From: Raja brachyura
Lineage: Eukaryota
Assembly: GCA_963514005.1 (NCBI GenBank)
Contig: OY740797.1
Span: 19,778,001-19,842,000 of the forward strand
Direction: 5' to 3'
DNA: 64,000 nucleotides
Shown here: positions 24,065 to 36,132 of the stretch, piece by piece
Numbering within the stretch: the first letter of the stretch is position 1
How the letters are laid out: each line of letters begins with the position of its first letter
Notes under the pieces: model-generated
Seen by the model: only the letters and a program-made list of their open reading frames with translations
Databases searched by the model: none
Told to the model about the DNA's origin: nothing
Translations under genes and position numbers: made by a program

Positions 24065-24120
<56 letters not shown>

Positions 24121-25200
24121 CCACCCCCATTGATATTATATTAATATTATTAATTCACTCCTTTTACCCCATGCCCTGCCCTATCCACTCACACATAGCC
24201 CCCAATTCGCAGGCACGGGGCGGGGGGCGGGGGGAGACAAGGCACAGAGAGGGAGACAGAAGCACAGAGAGGGAGACACGGAGGCACAAAGAGGGAGACA
24301 CGGAGGCACAGAGAGAGACACGGAGGCGCATAGGGACACGGAGGCACAGAGAGGGACACGGAGGCACACGGAGACGGACACGGAGGCAGACAGAGGGACA
24401 CGGAGGCACAGAGAGGGAGACGGAGGCACACAGGGTGGGGCACGGAGGCACACAGAGGCACAGAGATGGAGACGGAGCCACAGAGAGGGACACCGAGGCA
24501 CACAGAGAGGGACACGGAGGCACACAGAGAGGAACGGAGGCACACAGAGAGGGACACGGCGGCACACAAAGAGGGACACAGAGGCACACAGAGAGAGGCA
24601 CACAGAGAGGGACGCACAGAGAGGGACGCACAGAGAGGGACGCACAGAGAGGGACGCACAGAGAGGGACGCACAGAAAGGGACACAGAAATGGACACAGA
24701 GGCAGGGGAGCTTCCTGCCTTTTGGAGCTGGGGTTTCCAGCTATCCGCTGCCTTTTGGAGCTGGGGTTTCCGATTTGCGGCGTGTTTTGAACGGGCGACC
24801 CTGCTGCTGCGAGCGGAGAGGACGATCAAAAGCAGCAGAGGACCAGCCGACGAGAGAGGGGGGGGGGGGGGGAGAGGGGAGCGGGGAGAAGGGAGGGGGG
24901 GGGGAGGGAAGAAGGGAGGGAGGAGAGTTGTAGGGCCACCCAGCAGCCGTCGGCCTCAGAGTGAGCCTCAGCTCCATGGCCTCGCATGGTCGGCGCTTCA
25001 GAACCCGAGTACGGTGAGGGGGGGGGGGGAGGGTGGAGTTGGCGGGCGGGTGGGCGTGATCCTGAGTGAGCCTTCGAGCCGCCAGCGAGGATGCGAAAAG
25101 CAGCGGGGGGACCGGCGGGGGGCGGGGGGGGGGGGGGGGGGGTGTTAGTGGAGGAACGCCGGGCGGCAGCAGCCGTTATCGTCGCGCGTTTACACGTCAC
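23970..25200. repeat. Repeat element containing (CT)n(CA)n, a GA-rich minisatellite (about 24235-24700) and G-runs; possibly a non-autonomous rolling-circle type
   Basis: Starts with the palindromic motif GACCAAGTGCAGACCCGTTGGATCTG, similar to 53402 GACCAAGTGGGCCCCGTTGGGCCCC. Tandem GAGGGACACGGAGGCACAGA units. Confidence 0.5.
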
Positions 25201-25249
25201 ATGCGACGATAGGACTAATCTGCATCATAACTCATTCAGACATATGCAA

Positions 25250-26922
25250 CGTAGACAAAAATGCTGGAGAAACTCAGCGGGTGTGGCAACATCTACGGCG
25301 CGAAGGAAATAGGCAACGTTTCGGCTCGAAACCCTTCTTCAGACTGGGGGGTGGGGGGTGGGGGTGGGGGAAGAAGAAAGAAAGAGGTGGAGCCAGTGAG
25401 CTGAGGGAGAGCTGAGAAGGGGAGTAGAAAGTAAGGACTACCTGAAATTAGAGAAGTCAATGTTCATACCGCTGAGATGCAAACTGCCCAAGCGAAATAT
25501 GAGGTGCTGCTCCTCCACTTTACAACGGTCCTCACTCTGGCCATGGAGGAGGCCCAGGACACAAAGATCAGATTTGGAATGGGAGGGGAAGTTGAAGTGC
25601 TGAGCCACTGGGAGATCAGGCTGGTTATTGCGAACCGAGCAGAGGCATTCAGTGAAGTGATCGCCAAGCCTACGCTTGGTCTCACCGATGTAGAACAGCT
25701 GACATCTAGAGCAGCGGATGCAATAGAAGAGGTTCGAGGAGGTGCAGGTGAACCTCTGCCACACCTGGAAAGACTGCTTGGGTCCTTGAATGGAGTCAAG
25801 GGGGGAGGTGAACATTTCTTGCGGTTGTAAGGGAAAATGCCCGGAGAGGGAATGTTTCGGGATGGAGCAGGCAGGGGAGGAGTTGGAAAGATGTGGCAAG
25901 TGGTGGGATCACATTGAAGGTGGCAAAAAGTCAGAGGATTATTTGTTGTATGTGACGGCTGGTGGGGTGGATGGTGAGGACAAGGGGGACTCTTCCCTTG
26001 TTACGAGTGGGGGGATGGGGAGTGAGAGCAGAGTCACGGGGTATAGAAGATACCCTGGTGAGAGCCTCATCTATAGTGGAAGAGGGGAATCCCCGTTCCC
26101 TGAAGAATTAGGACATCTCCGATGCCCTGGTGTGTAACACTTCATCCTGGGTGCACATGCGGCGTAGACAGAGGAATTGGGAGTAGGGGATGGAGTCCTT
26201 ACAGGAAGCAGGGTGGGAAGAAGTGTAGTCCAGATAGCCATGGGAGTCAGTGGATGTCCTTCAGGAGTCTATCACCTGCGATGGTGATAGTAAGGTCAAG
26301 ATATGATAGGGAAATGTCGGAAATGGTGTTTTTGAGTGCCAGAGGGAAGTTAGTGGTGAAATGGATGAAGTCAGTGATTTGTGTGTGGGTGCAGGAGGTA
26401 GCATCAATGCAGTCATCGATGTACTGGAGGTAGAGTTTGGGGATAGGGCCACTGGACGTTTTGAACAAGGATTTGAGTGGGAAGAAATGAGTTATTCAGG
26501 GAGTTGCGGAGGGAACGGTCTCTGCAGAAGGCGGAAAGGGGTGGAGAAGGGAAAATGTGGCTGTGGTGGGATCCCATTGAAGGTGACGTAAATTTGGGAG
26601 TATTATGTGTTGTATGCGACGGCTGATGGGGTGGAATGTAAGGAATAGGGGGGGTCTCTGTTTCTGTTGCAACTAGGGGAGGGGGCGAGGGCAGAGCTAC
26701 GGGGTACCAAGGAGACATGAGTGAGGGCCTCATCTATGATGGGAGAGGGGAACCCCCGTCCCCTAAGGAATGAGGACATCTCGGATGTTCTGGTGTGGAA
26801 CACTTTATGTTGGGCGCAGATGCGGCGTAGACCGGGGAATTGGGAGTAGGGCATAGAGTCTTTGCAGGAAGCAGGGTGGGAAGATGTGTAGTCAAGATAG
26901 CTGTGGGAGTCAGTGGGTTTCA
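25250..26922 (-). mobile_element. Penelope-like element fragments (rearranged, partly duplicated)
   Basis: LYLQYIDDCI, LFYIGETKRRLG, and KPTDSHSYLDYTSSHP-type sequence twice. Terminal repeat at 25250-25345. Confidence 0.88.
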
Positions 26923-27908
26923 AAAGTTTGCAATAGACGAGAAATAGAGTTATTGACTGATGTCTCACAAACCCTGAAATCCCACGCTGCAATCCAAGGT
27001 GCAGAATTATATTGGTTGTCCGTTTCTTTCTCATCATAAATTGACATTTCCGGGATCATCTGTGAATAAAATTTACGTAACATATATCGCCTTACTTCTT
27101 TAGTCCAAATATGAGACTCGTGAAACATTGGTTATACGTTCGAGAATTGCATGATGGTTTGGCTAACTGTTGCTAAATTTGCAACAGCAACCTGCATGGA
27201 CTTGAAAGAACTAGTAGATTTAGTTGGTCGAGGCAGAACTGAAGATTTCTAAACAGAAATTACTGAATTATGCAAGTGAGGGAGTAGCCCAGAAGCTTGC
27301 ATGTGGATGAGTGAGCTTAAAATGCCAGGCACGTCACTGGGATGTTGATTTGTCTCTGTTGAACCTCTCGCTACGATATTTAATAAAGACACTATTCTTC
27401 AAAATTTAATTGGACTCCGATGTAGGAAGATTTGAAATGTATAAGGAAAATTAGTAATTTGTAATGTGTTTAACCGAAGAGCTCACATATTGGGGAAGCA
27501 TGATGGGAAAAATGGGCAACATAGAGAATTTAAGTAGTGAGGCAATAAATAGATTGATCATAATTTTTACGTTCCACAGAATAACCGGTTGAGTCAAAAT
27601 AATCATTAGAGGTTGTAAACTAAGCCAAAGGCAACACAATCAAAGATGGATACGTAACATTTATTGCACCCATTTGTTCGACAAATAGGTTTTCTATCGA
27701 CCTTCTGTTCAAAGTGAGCACAAAATGCATTTAGCTGATTGGTGAGAGATCTGTTATTGCCAGCAATACTGCTGAACTTTGCCGTGTAACATATCATAAA
27801 ACGCAAGCCTTCACACAATCCACGGATGTCTATGCCATTGCCCTAGGACTCCAGCATGGTCCCCAATTTCATCTTGGCATTCTAAATGGCTTTGCTGGTG
27901 TCGTAGAT

Positions 27909-28141
27909 CAAGGGTTCCCAATCTGGGGTCAATTTACCCCAGGGGGTAAATTTCGCCTCCCCAAGGGGTAAATTTGTTGATTCTGGATTTGTACGTATTT
28001 TTTCTCATTGACTGACTGTGTTTGGTTCTGGTATTCCGGTATCTGTTCATCATTCATTGTTCATAAATAAGTGAAATAACATTGTTATGTGCTATTAAAG
28101 TTGCCAGTTGTAAACGGGACGAAAAAGGTTCGGAACCTCTG
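27909..28141. mobile_element. hAT/Charlie-like MITE
   Basis: Imperfect TIRs: CAAGGGTTCCCAATCT and, on the reverse complement, CAGAGGTTCCGAACCT. TSD not recognisable. Confidence 0.65.
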
Positions 28142-28730
28142 CGTCCTCAGAAGATTGAGAAAATTCAATATGTGTATGAATACTCTCCTGAACCTCTACA
28201 CATGTATCTCATAGAGTATATTTACTTGTAGCATCATAGCCTGGTACGACAACTCTAATGCTCAGGAAGTAAGGAGATCACAAAGAGTGGTGGACATTGC
28301 CTGGTGTGTCATGGGTACTGGCCTGCTCACTTCAAAGGGATCTACAGGAGGCATTGCCTCAAAGAGGTAACCATCATCGCAAAAGACCCACAGTACCATG
28401 CCATGCTTTCATTTCACTCCTACCATCAGGGGGAATGAATAGAAGTCTGAAACCCGTGACTGCCTGGTTCAAGAATAGATCCTTCCCAACTGCAATCAAG
28501 CTCTTGAACACTACACAACACTAACCTCAGCTATGGACTACAGACTATCTTTGGTTGCATGAAGGACTTCTGGGTTTTTATACTGGTATTGGAGTGATTC
28601 GTTTATTGAGATTTTACTATTTATATATTATCTTTGTTTATTGTGCTTGAAGTCTTCATTGAGGTCTGTTACCCAGCTGCAAATAATAATGTAATTGTTC
28701 CATTGTAGATTCTTATAACAATTGATCCAT
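28142..28730 (+). mobile_element. Rex-Babar-like LINE 3' fragment
   Basis: LRRLRKFN, IIAWY and HAFISLLPSG..RSLK..T..FKN.SFP.AIKLLN, typical of the Rex1 C-terminal region. Confidence 0.75.
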
Positions 28731-29020
28731 GATTCCCTTGACCCCTTGAATATGGACCAGTCCACAGACTCAAAATAGTTGTTAAGAATATCCTCTGCTT
28801 CTTCAGACCAGCATTGCAGAACGTCTGTTCTGGATCGCCTGGAATCAACTTCTGCTTGTAGGTCGGGGGCAGGACCACAGCCAGTTGGTTGGATTTACTA
28901 AGGTTCAGTGCAGAATGAAGCACGGGTTGTCTTTGATGGTTGTGTACCAGTGGTCGAAGGTGATTGGATCTCAGGTTGGAAAGGAAATGTACTGATAGCA
29001 TTTTAGTAGCAGGCTCTTTA

Positions 29021-29289
29021 TGCCCCTGTCCCACTTAGGAAACCTGAACGGAAACCTCTGGAGACTTTGCGCCCCACCCAAGGTCTCCGTGCGGTTCCCG
29101 GAGGTTTTTGTCAGTCTTCCTAATGGTCGAAATTGGTTTCCACTTCTTCTATGTTCCGGCGATTATTTCAAAAAATGGAAAAAACCTCCGGGATCCTGAC
29201 AAAAACCTCCTGAAACCGCATGGAAATCTTGGGTGGGGCGCAAAGTCTCCAGAGGTTTCCGTTCAGGTTTCCTAAGTGGGACAGGGGCA
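29021..29289. mobile_element. PIF/Harbinger-type MITE
   Basis: About 60-bp perfect TIRs (TGCCCCTGTCCCACTTAGGAAACCTGAACGGAAACCTCTGGAGAC...), flanked by TTA and TAA. Confidence 0.85.
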
Positions 29290-29804
29290 TAAGTTAAGGT
29301 TCCCCTGATTGAAGTCCCTGGGCATTAAGAACAAGGGCTTGGGGTACTTACTTTGAAGGCTATCGGTGAATGTGTGTAGTTCCATGAGTGCAAGATTAGC
29401 ATTAGCATGTGGTGGGAGTAACTCAGCGGGTCAGATAGCATATCTGGAGAGGAGGAATGCATGGGTTTCCGGCCAATTATTCAGGCCATGAATCGATCTC
29501 ATGCCTTTTTAGGAGACTGAGGGGATGCGGCCTGTCTCCAAGCAAATCTCATTGGATAACATGCAAAATAAGGCTTTTCCCTATACCTCGGCACACATGA
29601 GAATAATAAACCTAAACAAAACCTAAACCTAAACCGAAACAATTTATATCAACGTTAATATAATCGAGGGAAATGGCAGGTAAATACTTAAGATAGCACT
29701 TAATGAACTTCGAATTTGAAATACCAACGTTACAATGCGCTGTTTGAATCATTCGTCAAGCCCAAGACTGATTGACAACCGTTTTGATTAAACAACAATA
29801 AATT

Positions 29805-30580
29805 TCATAAGGTTCATAAAGTTCATAAGGTTCATTTATTGTCACATACACCAATTGGTGTAGTGAAATTTCACTGGCCAGGTCAGTCATACAAGTTTTA
29901 AAAAAAAACACTCAAAAAACACATTTTAACATGAACATCCATCACAGTGACTCCTACACTTTCCTCACCGTGATGGAAGTCAAAATAAAGTTCAGGTCCT
30001 TCCCTTTTTGTTCTTCCTTGGTCGGGGGCCTCGAGCCCCCCGTTAACGGGACGGTCTTGACTCCCGTAGCCGGCGGCGTTCGGGCTCTCCGCGTCCGGGC
30101 GTTCAGCTCCCGCATCGGGGGGGGGGGGGGGGGGGGTTATCAGCTCCCCCGCGCCGGGCGGTCGAACCTCACGTCGGGGCTGGACGAAACTTCTGCGGCG
30201 TTGGAGCTCCCGACTAGCCTCTCCCGAGACTGCGAGCCCTTGATGGCAAGCCCGCAGTCCGCGGTGGGAGCGATCCCAAGCAAGGGATCCGCTCGGATGG
30301 TAGGCCCGCGCCCCGCGCCCCGCGATGGGGCTCACGACAGTCCGAAGCGGCTTTTCAACCCCATCGATGGTAGGCCGCAGAGCCCGGAGAATGTGATCCG
30401 AAACTTGATCACCTCTCCGGGAAGGTAAGAACCTGAAAAAAAAAGTTTCCCCGATCCCCCCACATAAAACAAACAAAGAACATTAAAACAAACTTTAAAC
30501 AAACGCTAAAAATAACAAAAAGGACGAAAAAACGAACAGACTGCCGGCGAGGCTGCCATCTCCCTCCTCCGCGCCCCCTA
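29805..30580 (-). mobile_element. GC-rich non-autonomous retroposon (same group as 8666 and 59440)
   Basis: Minus-strand 3' end: TACACCAATTGGTGTA hairpin, TGACAATAAA, (TGAACCTTA)n. Internal hairpin CCATCACGGTGA...TCACTGTGATGG. Confidence 0.65.
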
Positions 30581-31987
30581 CTATTTAAACAATTGCATAA
30601 CGTGGCATTACCTTTGAGACATTGTTCGTGAAAAAAAGGTATCACTAGAGGACATTGCGATGCTTTGATGATATTTTGCCACATGCAAACTTTTTTATTG
30701 AATAAAATGACATAGATAAGCAAGAGCACATGTTTACTTTTTAAAAACCGTTTCCTCCGCTTTCCGCATCAAAACACGGACCATTTAGAGCGTCAACAAC
30801 AATTTCCGACAACTAATCACAATATGGAAAGTCTATGCGCGTGCATTTTATTGTAATAATTGCTGCTTGATGTGCAGACCGTGTAAAAAAAAGTTCTCAA
30901 TCCACGGAAGCGTCTTTCGCTTCTCAATTTATCGCTTTCCTTGAAACCTTTACACCCGCGTACACTGAGCGTGTGTCATTGTGCTTAGATAGCGATGTTT
31001 CCTTTGAGTTGGAAAGCTGCAGGGAGGCGTAAGTCAGCTTGTCATCTCCGCCTCGTTTGGCCTGTGAAATAAATTCAATATTGCCTGTTAACCCATTGTA
31101 CAGTGATTTAGGAAGACAATCGATTTTTCAATGCGATTGGAATATAACCAACAATAATTATTTCCAGATTGCAGATTACGCATCAGAGTTTATGTTCATA
31201 TGATTTATCCAGTCTTCTGCGGAGCCTTTCTTGGTCTAGCGAACAGTGTAACACAAATATGCATGAACAATATTCAATTTTATTAATATAACATTTTAAA
31301 TGTCTAATTAGCCTACAACCCCTCACGTGATTCGGAATGTGCGAATAATTCGGAGCACCTCGGGAAACCCGCGAAGATGTAACAAATAACATTCAAACTT
31401 CACACTGACAGCACATAAGGCCAGAATTTGTTTTACCTTGTGGTTGGATATACGAGGAGAAGCCATAATATCTCTCTCACTGTGTGATCTTCGTTAGATA
31501 ATATGGAAACACTGTCAAGAGTGCTTGTCAGATGTCCCAGATAGAACTCTGAAATTCTTACTTGCAGCAGCACAACAGAATAAGTAAACATAGTAGTCTG
31601 TAATTAATATAATAAACCTCTCTGAGGCCCAGTGCCATCCGGCCACCTGTCCCCCAAATGAAGTGGATTTCCTGAATTCAGATTTCAATCTGTTCCTCCT
31701 GTCATTGTCTGAATTTATCATATTTCGTGGCGCTGGATATGCCCGCTGGATGGAAAAGCCTGTTGGCTGTTCCTTACCTTGTCTGTTTCTTAATTTCCCA
31801 TTAATTTTGGACAGCATTCTACATTAAACCCGGGAACAGAGATAACGGTAATTTTGCATTGGGATAGCGTCGTGCAGCTGAAGGAGTTGTTCGGCTCTAT
31901 CTGGTTTCAACGTCACAATTGGAAATTCGCCATTACGTCATTTCCACAGTCGTACAAGGTCAAAATTATGTTCACGTTACTTCATAA

Positions 31988-34900
31988 TCAACAGAAACAA
32001 TTTCCTTTAATCTGATATTTACTTGGAATATTTTCGTGCAAATACTTTGCCCTTACCTCGGCATGGACAACATGCTCTTCCTTTCGTCGATATTTGGTCT
32101 TTTTTTTGCCTTCACTCAAGTTTAGTGTTGCGTAGGCAGAGGCATCTTCACTTGACGCTTGCCGAACCTATTAGAAAGTGATATTCAACACAGTTAGCAG
32201 AGTGTCTGATGTAGTTCTTTAAAGAGTGAGTCTGAAACATAAACATACAGAATGATTGCAAAAAAGGGACACGATACCATTTGAACTGCATTCAATTATA
32301 TTTCGCAGAATGTCATTCCCGAGGGGATTCAAAGTGCCGGTGTTCAACTTGTTTATTAATTTTGTAGCTTGCGATTCATTTGAAGAATCTCTCCTCCACA
32401 TGCGATCCATTTCTCACTTCTCGCCACCTTATTCAGTCTCTGTTGTCGCCGTTTCCGACATCCCTATATCCCAGGCAACCTGGCCTATTTGAGCACTTGG
32501 TAGTGGGACGAGTTTGTCGTCTGCCCTTATGCACTTACATGTACTTTCATTCTTAGGTCGCAAATTATAGTAGCGAAGTAACCGATCAATCCGCATCATT
32601 TTGGGAGACAGGGGGAGTAGAGCATCCGGCGGAAAAGCACACAAGAATAAGCTGCAAATCACCCGCAGGTACCGTTGGCGATTAGGATTGAACCCGATCA
32701 GGACGGAACTATGAGGCTGCAGGTTTACTCGCTGCGCCCCTTCCAATATTAGAGGTGACAGGCAAAATGGTTTCCTTCTGCGCTGCAATGTTCTAAAATT
32801 CTATGGAATGAAACTGATATATTCTCTGCTGATCGTATAACTTCTGTACTCGCCCATCCCTCTTGGAAAAAAGAATAGCTTCACCTACCGGTTCTACGCT
32901 ATGACTTGCTTCCACTGAGTTTGCATTAATACCTACATGGAAAAAAAAGAAATCTCGAATAACATTTTAATGTCAGGAAAATGTAAGTTACGCATTAGAT
33001 TATAATCACATCTACTGCCTATGGAGCCTTGAAGGCAGCACACAATCCCGTATACTTTCGGAGTACCACCGCCACAATGTAATGTGTTGTGCATTACCTT
33101 CATATACCATCCGCGTTAGATCTGCACAACCGGAGGAAGCGAAGATCTAGACCAAATAACTCATGCTTCAAATGTTGACGTTAAAGCAAATCAACACGCG
33201 ATTAATACAGAAGTTTGAAAAACACGCACTCGATGGATGATTGAATAGTTCAAAAGGGCAGGGGAAATAATTGTATTTTAACTTACAACTAATAACTAGT
33301 GTTGCTTTGGACTCTTGTTTCAATACTTCTCAGAATGCACCAACCGCTTTTCTATCAACGGTTGTATGAAGTGGAAAGTTATGCAAGGTTCTTACCTCGT
33401 TGTGCCTTTAATGCGAATCTTGTCAAAATTATAAGCAGAACTACAAATGACAGTCCGCCCACGCCACATCCGAGAATTAGAGTTTTGTCCGTGGTTTCTG
33501 GATATGGCGAAAAATGAGAACGGTGAAACATACATACACACACAGGGACCGGTATACAAGAAGGCAGAGCAATCGTTCAATATATTCTGTACAAAGATGT
33601 TATGACTGCCACATGGCACGCATTGTACGGTAATGGCGAATTTATAGAACAGATCACATTATACGGTGGCTCTTTGCAGGGGTGTGGTTATTAAGTTAAG
33701 ATGACTGTTCAATTTCATTTTACAAAACTACGCCCGGTAGTTTGACAACAGTTTAAAAAGTCAGAATGCATTCTGTATTCTGGATCTGACACCCTGGACC
33801 CGCCACCGCAGGTTCCGGTAAATATGAAAAGGAACTGGATTTTTGTGTTTGCACAACTATCTAATTGTATTAGAATATAGACACAAAAGAGCTGGAGTAA
33901 CTCAGCTGGATAGGCAACATCTCTGGAGCGAGGAATGGGAGACGTTTCGGATCGAGACCCTTGTTCAGATTGTATTTCTCGGCAGGCTGGAGTCTGCGTA
34001 AAGTGCCTCCAGGCTTACCTTGCTCGAAAATGTAGCTGAAACTGGCAGGGACTGTAAGAGATACGTGTGATACCAGGCAGGTGTAAACAGTTTTGCCTGG
34101 AGCAGGCTGCGTATCGTGCAAAAAACTGGAAGCCTCATAAAATCCATCCGCTGTTCTGTTTCTCACGATCAAAATACCGGTCAAAATTTCCACGCTGTTT
34201 CTTTGCCAGATGATTTTTAATTCCTCCGGATAAAACGCAGCCGTTTTACACACGAGTTGCGGCAAATGCGGTGGACTTCCTTCAATCGCGACAATTTTCA
34301 ATGGAGTTGGGGGAGCTGGAACAATAAAAAAGCGTGAAACTGCAAAATATATTTTATTTCAATTAACATATTTGTCGCTGAACAGTTGCTGCTGCCTCAT
34401 GTTATCCGTGTGGTTGTTTGTTCAGTTTATAATTTTTTAATAAATTATTTTATGGAGGTTGTCATGGTAAGTAGTGCAATTGAAACAAAGCATGAATGGA
34501 GTGAACTTTAGTACTGCTGCCTCGCGGGGTTCGCGCGATTATTAAGAAATAATGTGACACGGGTATTGTTCGGTAAGATTCCGTGACAGTGCTTTATGTT
34601 GAATTCAAAACCACGCATTTCTTCTGAAAATTTGCTCTTTCTTATCTGCATATGGTAGTTACAGAAAATGGACTGCACTGAGTGGCAGAAGTACATCGGG
34701 GACAACAATTGATTTTCTCGAAAAGCACGCAAGGATCAAGCGAGCAAACTCTGTTTCTCATTTCATATATTTATTAACAAGACATTCACGAACATGGTTC
34801 CATTTGTGCTGGAGCCACTGCCAGTAATATTTAGCGAGCGGGAGAGTTAATTGTAATTTATTTTGTCAATTCATTGCGTAATCTCCTTAATGTGGTTTGT

Positions 34901-36132
34901 GTTTAAGTATTTTTACTTTCTTTAATTGATGTAATAACATCTTATTGTACTATCATTATTAATTAATAAAGCGATATCAGTTTTTTCCCTGTGCCATATA
35001 AATGATTACCAAGCAAAGCTCTATTCTACACGATGTTATAACCATGGATCATTTTTAAATAAGAAATGATATCGGAGAATTTCAGTTGTAGTTCCTTTTT
35101 TTCTTTTATCATTCCATGAACTTTCCTTGAGACTGTGAAAGTGTAAACAAAATTATCTACCTCAAAACTGTGAGATCCATTTCTCCTCCGTTTTTAGTTG
35201 ATGGGAAAGTTTGTCGGTGGGAGATTTGCAACTTTCTGGAAATTCGGAGTAACGTGAATTTGGTTGGGTATTTGAAAAGCGGGAGGTCAAAATATAATTT
35301 GGCCTTCCAATTTACAAGAGCCATAACCGGGGTAATTTCACTATGCTTTTGTAAGATAACCCGGAGTAATGAAAAACAAAACTATAACAGAACTCTCGTT
35401 GCAGTATATTGACCGACGGATAGAATATTTTTCAGTGTGTTCCCTTTATTTCAGATTTCCATCTCGGAAGTAACCATTAAAATTATAGAACTAGATAAGA
35501 TTAATATTTCCTCCACCAGCAAGCTTTGGTTACATTGCAACAGATGAACATATCCCACTACCCGTAACAAAGACACTTACTTAACACAATTAGCTGGGAG
35601 CCAGTTCCATTGCCGATAAGTTGCAATTGATGTTTCACTCGACAGTAATATATCCCGGCGTCTGCGACACTCACATTCAGCAAAGTAAATGTACTCCTTC
35701 CCTTGTCTACTTTGAATAGTTTTCTGTTGTCCGGTTCCATAAATGTCTTCTCGCCCTCTCTCCACCAAGAAACGTCAGCGGTTTCTTTTAATATCGGAAA
35801 TTTGCAGAACATGGACTCATTGTTGCCCCTTGAGACCCTCAGGAATGTGGGGAATTGTTCCACTTTGCTCGAAGTTGCTTTTGTCAGTGGCAGAAATAAG
35901 TAAATATGATTTAAACAGTTGCACATACAGCACCAAGAAAAAGAGCCAATGGATACACAAATACAAAATAATTAGGAAATAATGGTTAGCCAATTGCAGA
36001 AACGTTGTAAATCTAATTTGCTGTGGCATACTATTGTAAAATATTGACAAATATGATTTGCTTAGCGAAATCGGTTCAGAAACTAAGCATACCTTGACAA
36101 ACCAAAGCAAGAAGACCCATGTACCGAACCAT
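31988..36132 (-). CDS. IgSF receptor copy B: leader / VJ-type / C1 / TM / ITIM-bearing tail (SIRP-like inhibitory receptor)
   Basis: GT-AG exons that splice in frame: 36093-36132, 35581-35877 (V), 34019-34315 (C1), 33396-33497 (TM), 33098-33121, 32889-32932, and one starting at 32167 that ends at a donor at 32057 or reads through to TGA at 31988. Tail DLTRMVYEGINANSVEASHSVEPVRQASSEDASAYATLNLSEGKKK. Confidence 0.9.
32123..32140 (-). other. ITIM codons (SAYATL) of copy B
   Basis: Matches [SILV]xYxx[LVI] in the spliced frame. Confidence 0.8.
33875..33970 (-). mobile_element. Penelope terminal-repeat fragment in a copy B intron
   Basis: Reverse complement of the AAGGGTCTCGATCCGAAACGT...GCTGAGTTACTCCAGC motif also seen at 16.2 and 17.9 kb. 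Confidence 0.75.
34019..34315 (-). CDS. Copy B C1-set exon
   Basis: LVCKTAAFYPEELKIIWQRN and YTCLVSHVSL. 297 nt, phase 1-1. Confidence 0.93.
35581..35877 (-). CDS. Copy B V-set exon with J-like strand
   Basis: MFC, VSWWR, DAGIYYC and NGTGSQLIV. 297 nt, phase 1-1. Confidence 0.93.

Noticed and set aside
24164-25200. ORFs of 150-325 aa on both strands
   Set aside because: They are translations of a GA-rich minisatellite and G-runs, with low complexity and no domain.
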